Shown one piece after another: positions 27,012 to 36,419 of a stretch of DNA of 64,000 nt. Source of the stretch: Candidatus Micrarchaeota archaeon (GTDB lineage: Archaea > Micrarchaeota > Micrarchaeia > Norongarragalinales > Norongarragalinaceae); the NCBI GenBank assembly GCA_016207165.1, contig JACQQD010000009.1:32001-96000 (forward strand), in the 5' to 3' direction. Under the pieces are notes generated by a model that saw nothing but the letters and a program-made list of their open reading frames with translations, did no database searches and had not been told where the DNA came from. Numbering within the stretch: position 1 is the stretch's first letter; every line of letters starts with the position of its first letter. The position numbers and the translations under genes are program-made.

Positions 27012-28085
27012 ATGATGGAAGACCTGGTTAAAGATGCGATGCGGAACCAACCCGCGCAACGCAGCAACATGGATGACTCCGTTGAGGAAATCAAGATTGT
27101 CGTGATCGGCGTAGGTGGAGGGGGCAACAACACCGTCAACCGCCTCAAGCGCCTCAACGTCCGCGGCGCCGAACTCATGGCTTGCAACACGGATCGCCAG
27201 CACCTCAACTTGTTGGACGAAAGCATCACTAAACTGCTCATCGGCAAAAGCGTGACCAAGGGCTTGGGAGCCGGCGGCTTTCCTGAAGTCGGCATGAAGT
27301 GCGCGGAAGTGGACCGGCCGGCTTTGGAGAAGGCGTTCCAGGGTTGCCACCTCGTCTTCGTCTGCTCGGGCATGGGCGGCGGAACCGGCACCGGAGCAGC
27401 ACCGGTGGTTGCGCAAGTCGCCAAGGAGCAGGGCGCCATCGTCGTTTCCATGGTCACCTACCCGTTCGCATTGGAGCGCGCCCGGGTTCGGAAGGCGGAC
27501 GACGGCATCCAACGCCTGCGTGAAGTCTCCGACTCCGTCATTATCCTGGACAACAACCGCTTGGTGCAGTTGGTGCCTAACCTCCCCATGAACCAGGCGT
27601 TTTTGGTGGCCGACGAGATTTTGGCCAAAGCCATTGGCGGCTTGGTGTTCACCATCACGCAACCCAGCTTAGTCAACATCGACTTTGCGGACGTCCGTGC
27701 GGTCATGACTCAAGGCGACGTCGGCATGATTGCCGTTGGTTCAGGCAAGGGTGCCAACAAGGTCGAGGACGCCGTGGAAGGCGTTTTGCAGAACCGCTTG
27801 TTGGACGTGGACTTTGCGGGTGCGTCCGGTGCATTGATTCACATTGCCGGCGGCAACGACTTGACGTTGGGTGACGCCATTAAAGCGGGTGAAATGATTA
27901 CCGAGCAGATGGACCCCAACGCGTCCGTCAAGTGGGGCGCGCGCCTGGTTCCGGAATACGATGGCAAGCTGGAAATCACGGCCATTGTCACGGGCGTCAA
28001 GTCGCCGCACGTGATGGGAAGGAAGGCCGCTCAAGCGCAAGCCGTCACCCAGAAAGCGGGTTACGACATTGAAATCATTGGATGA
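27012..28085 (+). CDS. ftsZ: Cell division protein FtsZ (FtsZ2-like), paralogue A
   Basis: GVGGGGNN, GMGGGTGTG, PFALERAR, NIDFADVR. Confidence 0.95.
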   Translation: MMEDLVKDAMRNQPAQRSNMDDSVEEIKIVVIGVGGGGNNTVNRLKRLNVRGAELMACNTDRQHLNLLDESITKLLIGKSVTKGLGAGGFPEVGMKCAEVDRPALEKAFQGCHLVFVCSGMGGGTGTGAAPVVAQVAKEQGAIVVSMVTYPFALERARVRKADDGIQRLREVSDSVIILDNNRLVQLVPNLPMNQAFLVADEILAKAIGGLVFTITQPSLVNIDFADVRAVMTQGDVGMIAVGSGKGANKVEDAVEGVLQNRLLDVDFAGASGALIHIAGGNDLTLGDAIKAGEMITEQMDPNASVKWGARLVPEYDGKLEITAIVTGVKSPHVMGRKAAQAQAVTQKAGYDIEIIG

Positions 28086-28112
28086 GTAAGAGTATCACGT
28101 TTACGACATGAA

Positions 28113-28287
28113 GGGCCGTTTGGTTTTTTGCGGCCCGGATGAAAAAGTGACTTGACGGATTTCGCCGTCAAGTTGCTTTTAACCTTCCAGAAGCGTTGAC
28201 CAGCGTTTTGGGAGGCAAATGCAACCCACCGGAAAAACAGAAGCGCTTTTTCCGATGAGTGAGCGGTAGCCATTCCAGGGGTGGCTA
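28113..28287 (+). other. Intergenic run of five hairpins (candidate structured RNA)
   Basis: Stems at 28113-28136, 28150-28173, 28183-28215, 28230-28254, 28267-28287; G-U pairs form on the + strand. Confidence 0.45.
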
Positions 28288-28326
28288 TGGCTTTGGTTTG
28301 AATCCCGTCGGAGATGGTGTGAAGGT

Positions 28327-29397
28327 ATGGCAATGGAAGGCATTTTGGCGGATGCGTTGAAGAGTTCGCCGACGCGTGAGGAAACGAAGAAAGAGTTTGA
28401 CTCGTCCCACATCAAGATCAGCGTGGTGGGCGTGGGCGGCGCGGGCACCAACACGGTGGCGCGTCTGCACAAGATGGGCATTCAAAGTGCCAGCACGATC
28501 GCGGTCAACACGGACCAGAATCACCTCAAGATGGTGGACTGTGATCGAAGGCTGTTGATTGGCGGCAAGATGACGCGCGGCTTGGGGGCCGGAGGCTTTC
28601 CTGAAGTCGGCATGAAGTGCGCGGAACAGGCGCGCGACCGATTCGCGGATTTGTTGAAGGATTCGGAACTCGTATTTATTTGCGCGGGCATGGGCGGCGG
28701 AACAGGCACCGGAGCGGCACCCGTCATTGCCGACGTGGCCAAGCAACACGGAGCCATGGTGGTTTCCATGGTCACCTACCCGTTCGCGTTGGAGCGCGCC
28801 CGCTTGGAAAAAGCGGACTGGGGTTTGGAGGCCTTGCGCAACGTTTCGGATACAACTGTAATCATCGACAACAACCGGTTGGTCTCGTACGTGCCGAATT
28901 TGCCGATGAACCAGGCGTTTGCTGTGGCGGACACCTTGGTGGCGCGGTCCGTCAAGGGCATTGCTGACACCATCATGCTTCCCAGCTTGATGAACATTGA
29001 CTTTGCGGACGTGCGCATGATCATGGGCAACGCCGGAGTGGCCATGATTTCAGTTGGCGAAGGCCAGGGCAACAACAAGGTGGAGGCCGCGGTGAAAAAC
29101 ACGCTGGAACACCCCTTGCTGGATGTCGACTACGCGGGCTCCAAAGGCGCTTTGGTGTTGGTCCAAGGCGGCAGCCAATTGACGTTGGGTGAAGCCATTG
29201 CCGTGGGCGAGGGCATCACCGAGAATTTCGACCCCAACGCCTACGTCAAGTGGGGTGCGCGCCTGGTTCCTGAAATGGGTGACCGCATTTCCGTGATGAG
29301 CATCGTGACGGGAGTCACCTCGCCGCACGTGGTCGGCAAGGAAAAGCGCGAGCCCAAGAACGAAAAAGCCTTCGGGTTGGACCTCGTCCAGTTCTAA
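28327..29397 (+). CDS. ftsZ: Cell division protein FtsZ (FtsZ2-like), paralogue B
   Basis: GVGGAGTN, GMGGGTGTG, PFALERAR, NIDFADVR. Confidence 0.95.
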   Translation: MAMEGILADALKSSPTREETKKEFDSSHIKISVVGVGGAGTNTVARLHKMGIQSASTIAVNTDQNHLKMVDCDRRLLIGGKMTRGLGAGGFPEVGMKCAEQARDRFADLLKDSELVFICAGMGGGTGTGAAPVIADVAKQHGAMVVSMVTYPFALERARLEKADWGLEALRNVSDTTVIIDNNRLVSYVPNLPMNQAFAVADTLVARSVKGIADTIMLPSLMNIDFADVRMIMGNAGVAMISVGEGQGNNKVEAAVKNTLEHPLLDVDYAGSKGALVLVQGGSQLTLGEAIAVGEGITENFDPNAYVKWGARLVPEMGDRISVMSIVTGVTSPHVVGKEKREPKNEKAFGLDLVQF

Positions 29398-29469
29398 GCC
29401 CAACGGGTTGGAACCGTTGGTCCAGAGGACCAACGGATTTCTCCTGTGGGCTTGTTTTTTTTTCTTTTC
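29396..29469 (+). terminator. Hairpin plus T-tract after ftsZ
   Basis: CCGTTGGTCC/GGACCAACGG stem nested in AAGCCCA/TGGGCTT, followed by a 9-T run. Confidence 0.55.
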
Positions 29470-29511
29470 ACGCTTTCGGAACCCACCTTCTCTGACGGGT
29501 CTCTGAAATAC

Positions 29512-29616
29512 GGGAAAAGGGGACTGGATCCGCTAACTGGCCGTCCAAGGTCTTTTGAACGCCTTCGGGTGTTCGCTCTCTGGGGACGCGTCGGGGATCC
29601 TTTTCCCCTTTCTCCC
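29512..29616 (+). ncRNA. Candidate rod-shaped RNA with cUUCGg apical loop
   Basis: GGGAAAAGGGGA pairs with TCCCCTTTCTCCC; inner GGATCC/GGATCC; GAACGCC-TTCG-GGTGTTC. Confidence 0.4.
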
Positions 29617-29694
29617 ACTTTTATATTGGGACCAGCAACGCGCAAAGATTCTTGCCCTGTCTGAAGCGCAAGTGTTTGGATACGTTTTAGGCAG

Positions 29695-30345
29695 TTAAGC
29701 GAAATGTTTGGAGCACACGTTTTGGACGTGTGGAACCAGTTCCATCAAGTCGTCGCCATCCAATGCCAAGCTCGCTTTCTGTTTCACGGCGGGTTTGGCG
29801 TTAAAGGCGATGGAGTGCGCCGAGTTTTCAAACATGGAGACGTCCGTCGCGCCGTCGCCAACCGAAATGGTGCGTTCCGGTGGAATGCCGGTCTGGTTTT
29901 GAATTTGCAAAAGCAAGTCGCCTTTGTTGTCCGTGACGCGGGCGATGCATTGTCCGGTCAGGACTTTGTTTTGGACTACGAGTTCGTTGGCGTGCACGTA
30001 GTCAAAGACGCGTCCGTGGGGCAAAATCGACAGCACGTTGGAAAACGAGCCGGTGATGACGGCGATTTTGAAGCTGTTTTTCTTGAGCCAGGAAACAAAG
30101 GGCAAAAAATTGTCACGGTACTGGATGCGGGAGGCCACGGCGTGCAAGTCGTTTTGGGTCAGGCCGGCCAATGCCCTGGTTTTCAGGTGGATGGTTTCGC
30201 TGAAACGGTGTTTTCCTTCCATGGTTTCCCGGGTGATTTTGGCGACGTAGGCACGCTTTCCGGCGAGGTCCGCAAGTTCGTCGATGATTTCCTGGCGGAT
30301 GAGCGTCGAATCGAAATCAAATGAGATGAGGCGTTCTTCAAGCAC
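29695..30345 (-). CDS. serB: Phosphoserine phosphatase
   Basis: FDFDSTLI, ITGSF, VGDGATD HAD motifs; downstream of serA. Confidence 0.9.
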   Translation of the reverse strand: MLEERLISFDFDSTLIRQEIIDELADLAGKRAYVAKITRETMEGKHRFSETIHLKTRALAGLTQNDLHAVASRIQYRDNFLPFVSWLKKNSFKIAVITGSFSNVLSILPHGRVFDYVHANELVVQNKVLTGQCIARVTDNKGDLLLQIQNQTGIPPERTISVGDGATDVSMFENSAHSIAFNAKPAVKQKASLALDGDDLMELVPHVQNVCSKHFA

Positions 30346-31303
30346 GCTGAACCACCGGGAGTTGGTTGACGGAGGCAACGGGCTGGCCGTTCAAGGCATC
30401 CAATAGAAGCTGTGCGGCCAGGACCGAAGCGTTGCGCTGGCTTTCCTGCGTTGAGGCGCCCAAGTGCGGCGTGGCGACCACGCGGGGGTGGGCCACGAGT
30501 TTTGCGGACGTGCTTTCAAGGGGGATGGGCTCCTTTTCAAAGACGTCCAGTCCCGCGGCCGCGACTTTTCCGGTGTTTAGCGCATTCAGGAGGGCTTGCT
30601 CGTTGATGATGCCGCCGCGGGCCGCGTTGACCAGCATTATGCCGTCCTTCATTTGGTTGAACGCGTGGACGTCAAGCAAGTTGCGGGTGGAGTCGTTCAG
30701 CGGTGCGTGGATGGAGAGGATGTCGCTTTGCGTGTACAGTTCCTCCAATGAAGCCATGGTCACGTGCATGGCGGCGGCTTTTTCTTCGGCCAGGAAGGGG
30801 TCGTACGCCAGGACGTGAGCACCGAAGGCGTTCAGGATTTTGGCCACGATTTTGCCGACGGCGCCCACGCCGATTAGTCCCACGGTTTTTCCGGCGATTT
30901 CCGTGCCCGTGAATTTCGTTCGCTCCCATTGGTTTTGCTTCATGGTTTCCAGGGCGGGTTTGAGTTGGCGGATGGCGGCCAGCAACAACGCCACGGCCAT
31001 TTCGGCGGCGGCTTGCGCGTTGGCTCCCGGCGCGTTGACCACCATTATTCCAAGGCGCGTGGCTTCTGGGACGTTGATGTTATCCACGCCGGTTCCCGCT
31101 CTGCCGACGGCTTTCAGGTTTTTTCCGGCGGAAAGAACGGCGGCGGTGACCTGGGTGCCGCTGCGTACCATGAGGGCGTCGTATCCTGGAATTTTTCCGG
31201 TGAGTTGGGCCTCGTCCATCCCGTAGGCTTCGTCCACGGCCGCCTGGCTTTTCAGTAGGGTCAGGGCGTCGGGGTGGATTTTGTCGGTGACGAGGACTTT
31301 CAT
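30338..31303 (-). CDS. serA: D-3-phosphoglycerate dehydrogenase (short form, no ACT domain)
   Basis: MKVLVTD, RAGTGVDNI, GLIGVGAVG, NAARGG, TPHLGAST. Confidence 0.9.
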   Translation of the reverse strand: MKVLVTDKIHPDALTLLKSQAAVDEAYGMDEAQLTGKIPGYDALMVRSGTQVTAAVLSAGKNLKAVGRAGTGVDNINVPEATRLGIMVVNAPGANAQAAAEMAVALLLAAIRQLKPALETMKQNQWERTKFTGTEIAGKTVGLIGVGAVGKIVAKILNAFGAHVLAYDPFLAEEKAAAMHVTMASLEELYTQSDILSIHAPLNDSTRNLLDVHAFNQMKDGIMLVNAARGGIINEQALLNALNTGKVAAAGLDVFEKEPIPLESTSAKLVAHPRVVATPHLGASTQESQRNASVLAAQLLLDALNGQPVASVNQLPVVQRA

Positions 31304-32385
31304 TGCGCGGTCACCAATTCCGTTGGATGCATGACGCGCATCAGTGCTTCGGTGCAATGCGCCATGCTTCGGCATTCTTGGGGGCCGATGTGGGCGATGC
31401 GCAGCATTTTTTCTTTCCAGACGCCTTGGCCGCCGGCGATCTGGATGCCTTGTTTCGCCAAGGCGTTTTTGATTTCTTTGGCTTGGTCTGTGAGAAACGC
31501 GGTGATGGTGGCGGATTGGAAGCCTTGTTCGGCAAAGTTCTCAAATCCGGTGGCTTCCACGGCCTCTCGGGCCATGCGCGCCGCGTCCTCGTGCAGTTGA
31601 ATGCGGGCGTCCAGTCCCTCTTCAAACAATTCCTGCAACGCGTTCTGAAGGCCGTAAAACGTGGGCAAACTGGGGGTGTACGGCGTTTCGTTTCGCTCGT
31701 AGAATTTCTTGTAGCGTTTGAGGTCCAAGCCGTAGGTAGGAATGCGTTTTTTGGATTCGATTTCTTGCATGGCTTCGCTTGAAACCATCACAAACCCCAG
31801 TCCCGGCGGCGCCGCCAGGCTTTTCTGGGAGGCGGAGGTGCACGCGTCGATGCCCCACCCCTTGCAATCCAGTTCCATGCCGCCCAAGGAACTGACGGCG
31901 TCCACGAGGATGCGGGCGCCGTTTTTCTTTGCCACGCTCGCCACGCCTTTCACGTCGTTGGTCACTCCGGTGGCCGTCTCGTTTTGCACCATGCACACCC
32001 AATCCGGTTTTTGTTCTTCAATGGCTTTCGCCGCGCGCTCGGCGTTGATGCCTTTCCCGTCTTGGATGTGGAGCGCTTGGGTGCCCTCCGGGTTGTAAAT
32101 GCGGCAGGCCTGGTACAGCCGTTCCCCGAACTCGCCGTTGACCAAGCACAGTGTTTTGGTTTCAGGAACCAGGTTGGCCACGGCCGCTTCATTGGCCAGG
32201 GTGCCTGAACCGGTGATGCAATACGCTTGGGCTGCGTCGGGGGCTTTGAAAACCTGTTCCAATTTTTGCGTGCAGTCCAAAAACGTGGCGCGAAAATCCG
32301 GGGATCGGTGCGAGATCATGGGTTTCTGCATGCCTTCCAAAACAGAATCGTTGACGGGGACGGGTCCTGGGACAAACCATTTCAC
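31300..32385 (-). CDS. Class V PLP aminotransferase, probable phosphoserine aminotransferase
   Basis: PGPVP, ISHRS, NETATGV, VDAVSS, SQKSLAAPPG; first gene of the serA-serB operon. Confidence 0.85.
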   Translation of the reverse strand: MKWFVPGPVPVNDSVLEGMQKPMISHRSPDFRATFLDCTQKLEQVFKAPDAAQAYCITGSGTLANEAAVANLVPETKTLCLVNGEFGERLYQACRIYNPEGTQALHIQDGKGINAERAAKAIEEQKPDWVCMVQNETATGVTNDVKGVASVAKKNGARILVDAVSSLGGMELDCKGWGIDACTSASQKSLAAPPGLGFVMVSSEAMQEIESKKRIPTYGLDLKRYKKFYERNETPYTPSLPTFYGLQNALQELFEEGLDARIQLHEDAARMAREAVEATGFENFAEQGFQSATITAFLTDQAKEIKNALAKQGIQIAGGQGVWKEKMLRIAHIGPQECRSMAHCTEALMRVMHPTELVTAQ

Positions 32386-32513
32386 GAAAAACCACCTGGA
32401 AACGTTTTGGGGGTATGGGTGGTTTCGAGGTATTTAAGCGTGCTCCACTTTTGGCCAATTGTTTAGGCATTTTTTCGATAGTTTTATTAGTTTTTGGAGT
32501 GTTTACTTCATTG

Positions 32514-32966
32514 ATGGAATTCAGGTTGGATGAAAAGGACCGGGCGATTTTGTCGGAATTGCGGCGGGACGGATCGCTTTCGGAGAAGAAGCTGGCCCAA
32601 AAGACCGGCATTGCCATGACCACCGTTCACCACCGGTTGGTTCGTTTGAAGCGCGAGGGCGTCATCACGCAGTATACCGTTCGATTGAATTTCGCGAAAA
32701 TCGGCCAGCCCATCACCGCGTACGTGTTGGTCAAGGCCGCGCCGCAGGCGGACCAAAAAAAATTGATGGAGTACTTGGCGAAGCTACCGAACATTTTCGA
32801 GGTGGCCATGGTCACCGGGGAGTTTGATTTGTTGTGCAAGGCGCGCGTGTCGAGCATGGAGGCGCTGAATTCCTTGATCGTACGGCATTTGCGTAAGCAG
32901 AAGGCCGTCAACGAAACGCGGACCATGATTTCGTATGAAACCGTCGAGCTTTCCGGCATGGGCTGA
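32514..32966 (+). CDS. Lrp/AsnC transcriptional regulator
   Basis: LDEKDRAILSEL...TTVHHRLVRLKREGVI HTH; VTGEFDL RAM domain; divergent from the serine operon. Confidence 0.92.
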   Translation: MEFRLDEKDRAILSELRRDGSLSEKKLAQKTGIAMTTVHHRLVRLKREGVITQYTVRLNFAKIGQPITAYVLVKAAPQADQKKLMEYLAKLPNIFEVAMVTGEFDLLCKARVSSMEALNSLIVRHLRKQKAVNETRTMISYETVELSGMG

Positions 32967-32974
32967 ACGGTTCT

Positions 32975-34528
32975 TTACGTGAGCAGCGTTTGCCTGAAGT
33001 TTTCGGGGTCAACTGGTTCAAAGCGGGCGAAGAAGTGGTCAAACCCGTTGTTTTCGAAGTTTCCGGTGATGCGCACGCCGCTTGAAAGCTCTTTTCGGCG
33101 TTTGGAAAAGTCGGCGAAGCACGCGGCCGTGTACAGCATGTGCTCGGAGGCGTAGGTGAGGCGGGGGATGGCCAACCGCAGGAAATCGTTTTTGGCGGGG
33201 GCCAGGCGTTTTCCATTCCCATCTTTTTTGGCGTACATGACGTCGCCGATTTCGACGCCTCGGATGCCGTATTTGGCAAATAACGCGAGGCTGAGCGTCC
33301 AGCCGCGGTATTGGTCTTCCGGCACGCCGTCAAGGAATTCGCGGGCGTCCACGTACACGGCGTGGCCGCCGCAGGGGTGAACCAAGGGCACGCCGGCGGC
33401 ATGCAGCAGTCGGTGGAGGTACTGGACTTGGCCGACGCGCTGGCGGAGGTAGTCTTCTTGCGTGGTTTCGCGTAGTCCTTGGGCGGTGATTTCCAAGTCG
33501 CGTCCGGCCAGGCCTCCGTAGCTGATGAATCCGTCGCGCATGATGGTCAGGGTCTTGGCGTGGTAGGCGACTTTGTCGCCCGCGAAACCGTTGCGGATCA
33601 AGATCGCGCCGCCGATGTTGGCTTTCGCGTCTTTTTTGGCCGAAAACGTGGCGCCGTCGACGTAGGAGAACATGTCGCGGACGATGTCACGGATGGTTTT
33701 CTGGTTTTGTCCGGGTTCTTTTTGTTGGATGAAGTACGCGTTTTCGGCGAACCGGCACGCGTCGAAAAACAGGGGCACGTGGTTTGCGTCGCAGATTTGC
33801 CGCGTGGCCTGGATGTTCTCCAGGGAGACGGGTTGGCCGCCACTGGTGTTGTTGGTGATCGTCAGGAAAACCGCTCCCACGCCGCCTTGGGCGATGCGTT
33901 CTTTGAGGCGGTTTGGCTCCAAGTTGCCTTTGAAGGGTGCGTCGTGGTCCAGGGGTTTTTCGTAGGCTTCGCAGTACAAGTTTTCCGGGGCGTGGCCGGT
34001 GATGTTTGTAACCCAGCCGTGCGTGGTGTCAAAGGCGGTGTTGAACACGATTTTCTGGTTTTCCTTGACGATTCCGGCTTTTTTGAGCGCTTCCAAGAAC
34101 GTGCTTTCCGCGGACCGGCCTTGGTGCGCCGGAAGGATGGTGAACTCGTTTCCGCAGACTTCCTTAAAGGCGTTTTCAAATTCCAAAAAGCTCTTCGAGC
34201 CCGCGTACCATTCCGTGGCCTGCATCAAGGCGGCCCACTGCTTGTCGCTCATGCTTCCGGTTCCGGAATCCGTGAGAAAGTCCACGAGCACGCCCGTGTT
34301 TTCTCCGACGTGGAAAACGTTGTACCCCGCGTTCTTGAGTGCGTCCAAGCGTTGTTCGGTGCTCATGGCGGTTCCGGCCACGTGCTGGGTGGACTTGATT
34401 AAAAACGGCTGTGCTTCGGCTTGCGGCATGAGGGATTGAATGGCGTTCGTGGTTTCTTCCAGGCTTTGCGAACCGTTTTCAAGTTTTTCCAGTTCCAGTT
34501 GGATGATTTTTGAAAGGGCCTGGTTCAT
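32975..34528 (-). CDS. tnaA: Tryptophanase-like PLP beta-eliminating lyase
   Basis: DFLTDSGT, HQGRSAE, FDTT, TNNTSGGQPVS, DACRFAEN, SAKKD, RLAIPR, HFFARF. Confidence 0.8.
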   Translation of the reverse strand: MNQALSKIIQLELEKLENGSQSLEETTNAIQSLMPQAEAQPFLIKSTQHVAGTAMSTEQRLDALKNAGYNVFHVGENTGVLVDFLTDSGTGSMSDKQWAALMQATEWYAGSKSFLEFENAFKEVCGNEFTILPAHQGRSAESTFLEALKKAGIVKENQKIVFNTAFDTTHGWVTNITGHAPENLYCEAYEKPLDHDAPFKGNLEPNRLKERIAQGGVGAVFLTITNNTSGGQPVSLENIQATRQICDANHVPLFFDACRFAENAYFIQQKEPGQNQKTIRDIVRDMFSYVDGATFSAKKDAKANIGGAILIRNGFAGDKVAYHAKTLTIMRDGFISYGGLAGRDLEITAQGLRETTQEDYLRQRVGQVQYLHRLLHAAGVPLVHPCGGHAVYVDAREFLDGVPEDQYRGWTLSLALFAKYGIRGVEIGDVMYAKKDGNGKRLAPAKNDFLRLAIPRLTYASEHMLYTAACFADFSKRRKELSSGVRITGNFENNGFDHFFARFEPVDPENFRQTLLT

Positions 34529-34537
34529 GGTCTTTCC

Positions 34538-34897
34538 TCAATCGATGACGCCGCCGCCTTCCTCGTGCCGTACGATGAGTTGGAGTAAATTGTTGGCCAT
34601 GTCGAATCCTTGCGCTTTGCACGTCAAAACGCTCAGGGCAATTGGTTCCCCGCGTTTCTGGGCCAACGAAATCTGTTCGCTCGTTACATGATGGATTTCT
34701 TGGCGGCCAGGAACCAATACGTATATTGACTTAGGCAACTTGGTTTCGTGGGGCCGGCGCCGGATATCCCTCACGAACATGCCGTCTGATGGTTTGAAGC
34801 CGACGTTTGGCCCGTTGGTGGGCCTCCAATCTTCTGAAGGCGTCCAATTACGGAGTTTCGCGTGTTCGACAAGACGTTGAATGTTTTCGTTGATCAT
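34538..34897 (-). CDS. Hypothetical protein
   Basis: 119-aa ORF filling the gap between co-oriented genes. Confidence 0.55.
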   Translation of the reverse strand: MINENIQRLVEHAKLRNWTPSEDWRPTNGPNVGFKPSDGMFVRDIRRRPHETKLPKSIYVLVPGRQEIHHVTSEQISLAQKRGEPIALSVLTCKAQGFDMANNLLQLIVRHEEGGGVID

Positions 34898-34929
34898 GGT
34901 GTCCTTGGGGTACTTTGGGCGCCCAGATA

Positions 34930-35799
34930 TTAAACCCTTGATTTGTTTTGTCCCTGCCGCGTCAACACGACGACTCCAAACCCGATGAGGGCGGCGCCGG
35001 CCAATTGAATGGCGGTCATGGATTCGCCGAGAAACGCCATGGCGATGAGGGCGGTGGAGATGCCGGCGGTGAAGTTGGCCAGCGAGGAAATCGAGGGGCC
35101 TTCCGCGTCAATGGCGCGGAACAAAAACAGGATGGCCAACGCGGTGGTTAGGCTTGAACCCACGACTTCCAGCCAAACCGGTTGCAGGGTGTGCAATTGG
35201 TTAGGCGCCAACACGACGACGAGGCCCAGCACGAACAAGGCGCTGAAGAAAAAACGGGCGTAGCTGACGGAGTCCGGCTTCGTGTGGTCCATGATTTTCT
35301 TGCTGTACGCGTTGTTGAACGCCAGACACAAAACGGCTCCGAACACCGAAGCGTCTCCGATGTTGACAGTGGAAAAGTCTTGCCGGAAGGCAAGCAATGC
35401 CGCGCCGGCGGTCATGACAACCAAAATGGCGTAGAAATGCTTGGGCAGGGATTCCTTGACGAGGGCTTTGGAGAACACGACGGTGAACACCGGAATGAGG
35501 GCCAACAGAAAGCCGAGGTTGGTGGCGGTGGTGTGGACGAGGCCGAACATGATGAACAAGTACCCCAAACCCGATGACGTGATGCCGTTGACGGCCAATT
35601 CTTTGGGGTATTTTCGGATGGCGTCCACGGTTTTTTGGTTGAGGAAGAACGGCGTTAACGCCAAAACGGCGACGAGGTTGCTGGCCAAAGCAAACCAGTA
35701 AATGTTGGCTCCGGCGTCCACCGCGATCTTGGTCAGGATGACGGAGGCGCCGGTCAGTATGGAGAACGCGGCGAGGTTTTTCACGGCGTCGGGTTTCAT
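34930..35799 (-). CDS. EamA/DMT-family transporter
   Basis: About ten TM helices in two repeats; LIPVFTVVFS..LVKE, FLGE..T..QLAGAALI. Confidence 0.9.
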   Translation of the reverse strand: MKPDAVKNLAAFSILTGASVILTKIAVDAGANIYWFALASNLVAVLALTPFFLNQKTVDAIRKYPKELAVNGITSSGLGYLFIMFGLVHTTATNLGFLLALIPVFTVVFSKALVKESLPKHFYAILVVMTAGAALLAFRQDFSTVNIGDASVFGAVLCLAFNNAYSKKIMDHTKPDSVSYARFFFSALFVLGLVVVLAPNQLHTLQPVWLEVVGSSLTTALAILFLFRAIDAEGPSISSLANFTAGISTALIAMAFLGESMTAIQLAGAALIGFGVVVLTRQGQNKSRV

Positions 35800-35864
35800 G
35801 GAAGCGTTCACGGCAAACCGGCTTTTATAGGCGTTTGGGCAATAGCTTGTCCGAGTGATTTTTT

Positions 35865-36419
35865 GTGTCTTTAGAAAAAACCATTGCGCGCATTGACGGG
35901 GAATTGTCGGAAAAGGAAAAGCGCCAGGACGTCGTTTTGGCGGATTCGCGGGTCGTGATTCGAAACTGCGCGAAAGCGATCCGGCACCTTCATACGGGCG
36001 ACATGGCGGAGGCCAAGAAAGTCGTCAAGGCGTTGGACGCCGACGTGGCGGCTTTGAAAAAAGTGGCCCAGGACTTTGAGCACATTGCTTCCAGCGCGTA
36101 CCAGGAGTACGTGGAAATCAAGTGCCTGCTTTCGTTGTTGGAGAAAAAAGAGCTTCCGACTCCTGGTGACCTCAAGGTGGATGACCAGAGTTATTTGGCG
36201 GGGTTGGCGGACTGCGTGGGAGAGCTTCGGCGGTCGCTTCAATTGGCGCTGAAGGCCGGAAAGAAAAAAGACGCGGATTACTTGTTTGGAAAAATGAATT
36301 ACATTTACGACCATTTGATGTTGCTGAAGTACTCCAGTTCCCTGGTGGGGCCCTTGAAGCGGAAGCAGGACATGATTCGAAGCCAAGTCGAACAAGCGCG
36401 AAGCGAGCTCTTGCGATAG
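35865..36419 (+). CDS. Translin/TRAX-family protein
   Basis: SRVVIR, AYQEYVE, YLAGLADCVGELRR, LKRKQD. Confidence 0.9.
   Translation: MSLEKTIARIDGELSEKEKRQDVVLADSRVVIRNCAKAIRHLHTGDMAEAKKVVKALDADVAALKKVAQDFEHIASSAYQEYVEIKCLLSLLEKKELPTPGDLKVDDQSYLAGLADCVGELRRSLQLALKAGKKKDADYLFGKMNYIYDHLMLLKYSSSLVGPLKRKQDMIRSQVEQARSELLR

Noticed and set aside
29512-29616. Possible 5S rRNA, SRP RNA or tRNA
   Set aside because: No 5S signature, SRP helix-8 motif or tRNA cloverleaf seen; kept only as an unknown structured RNA.
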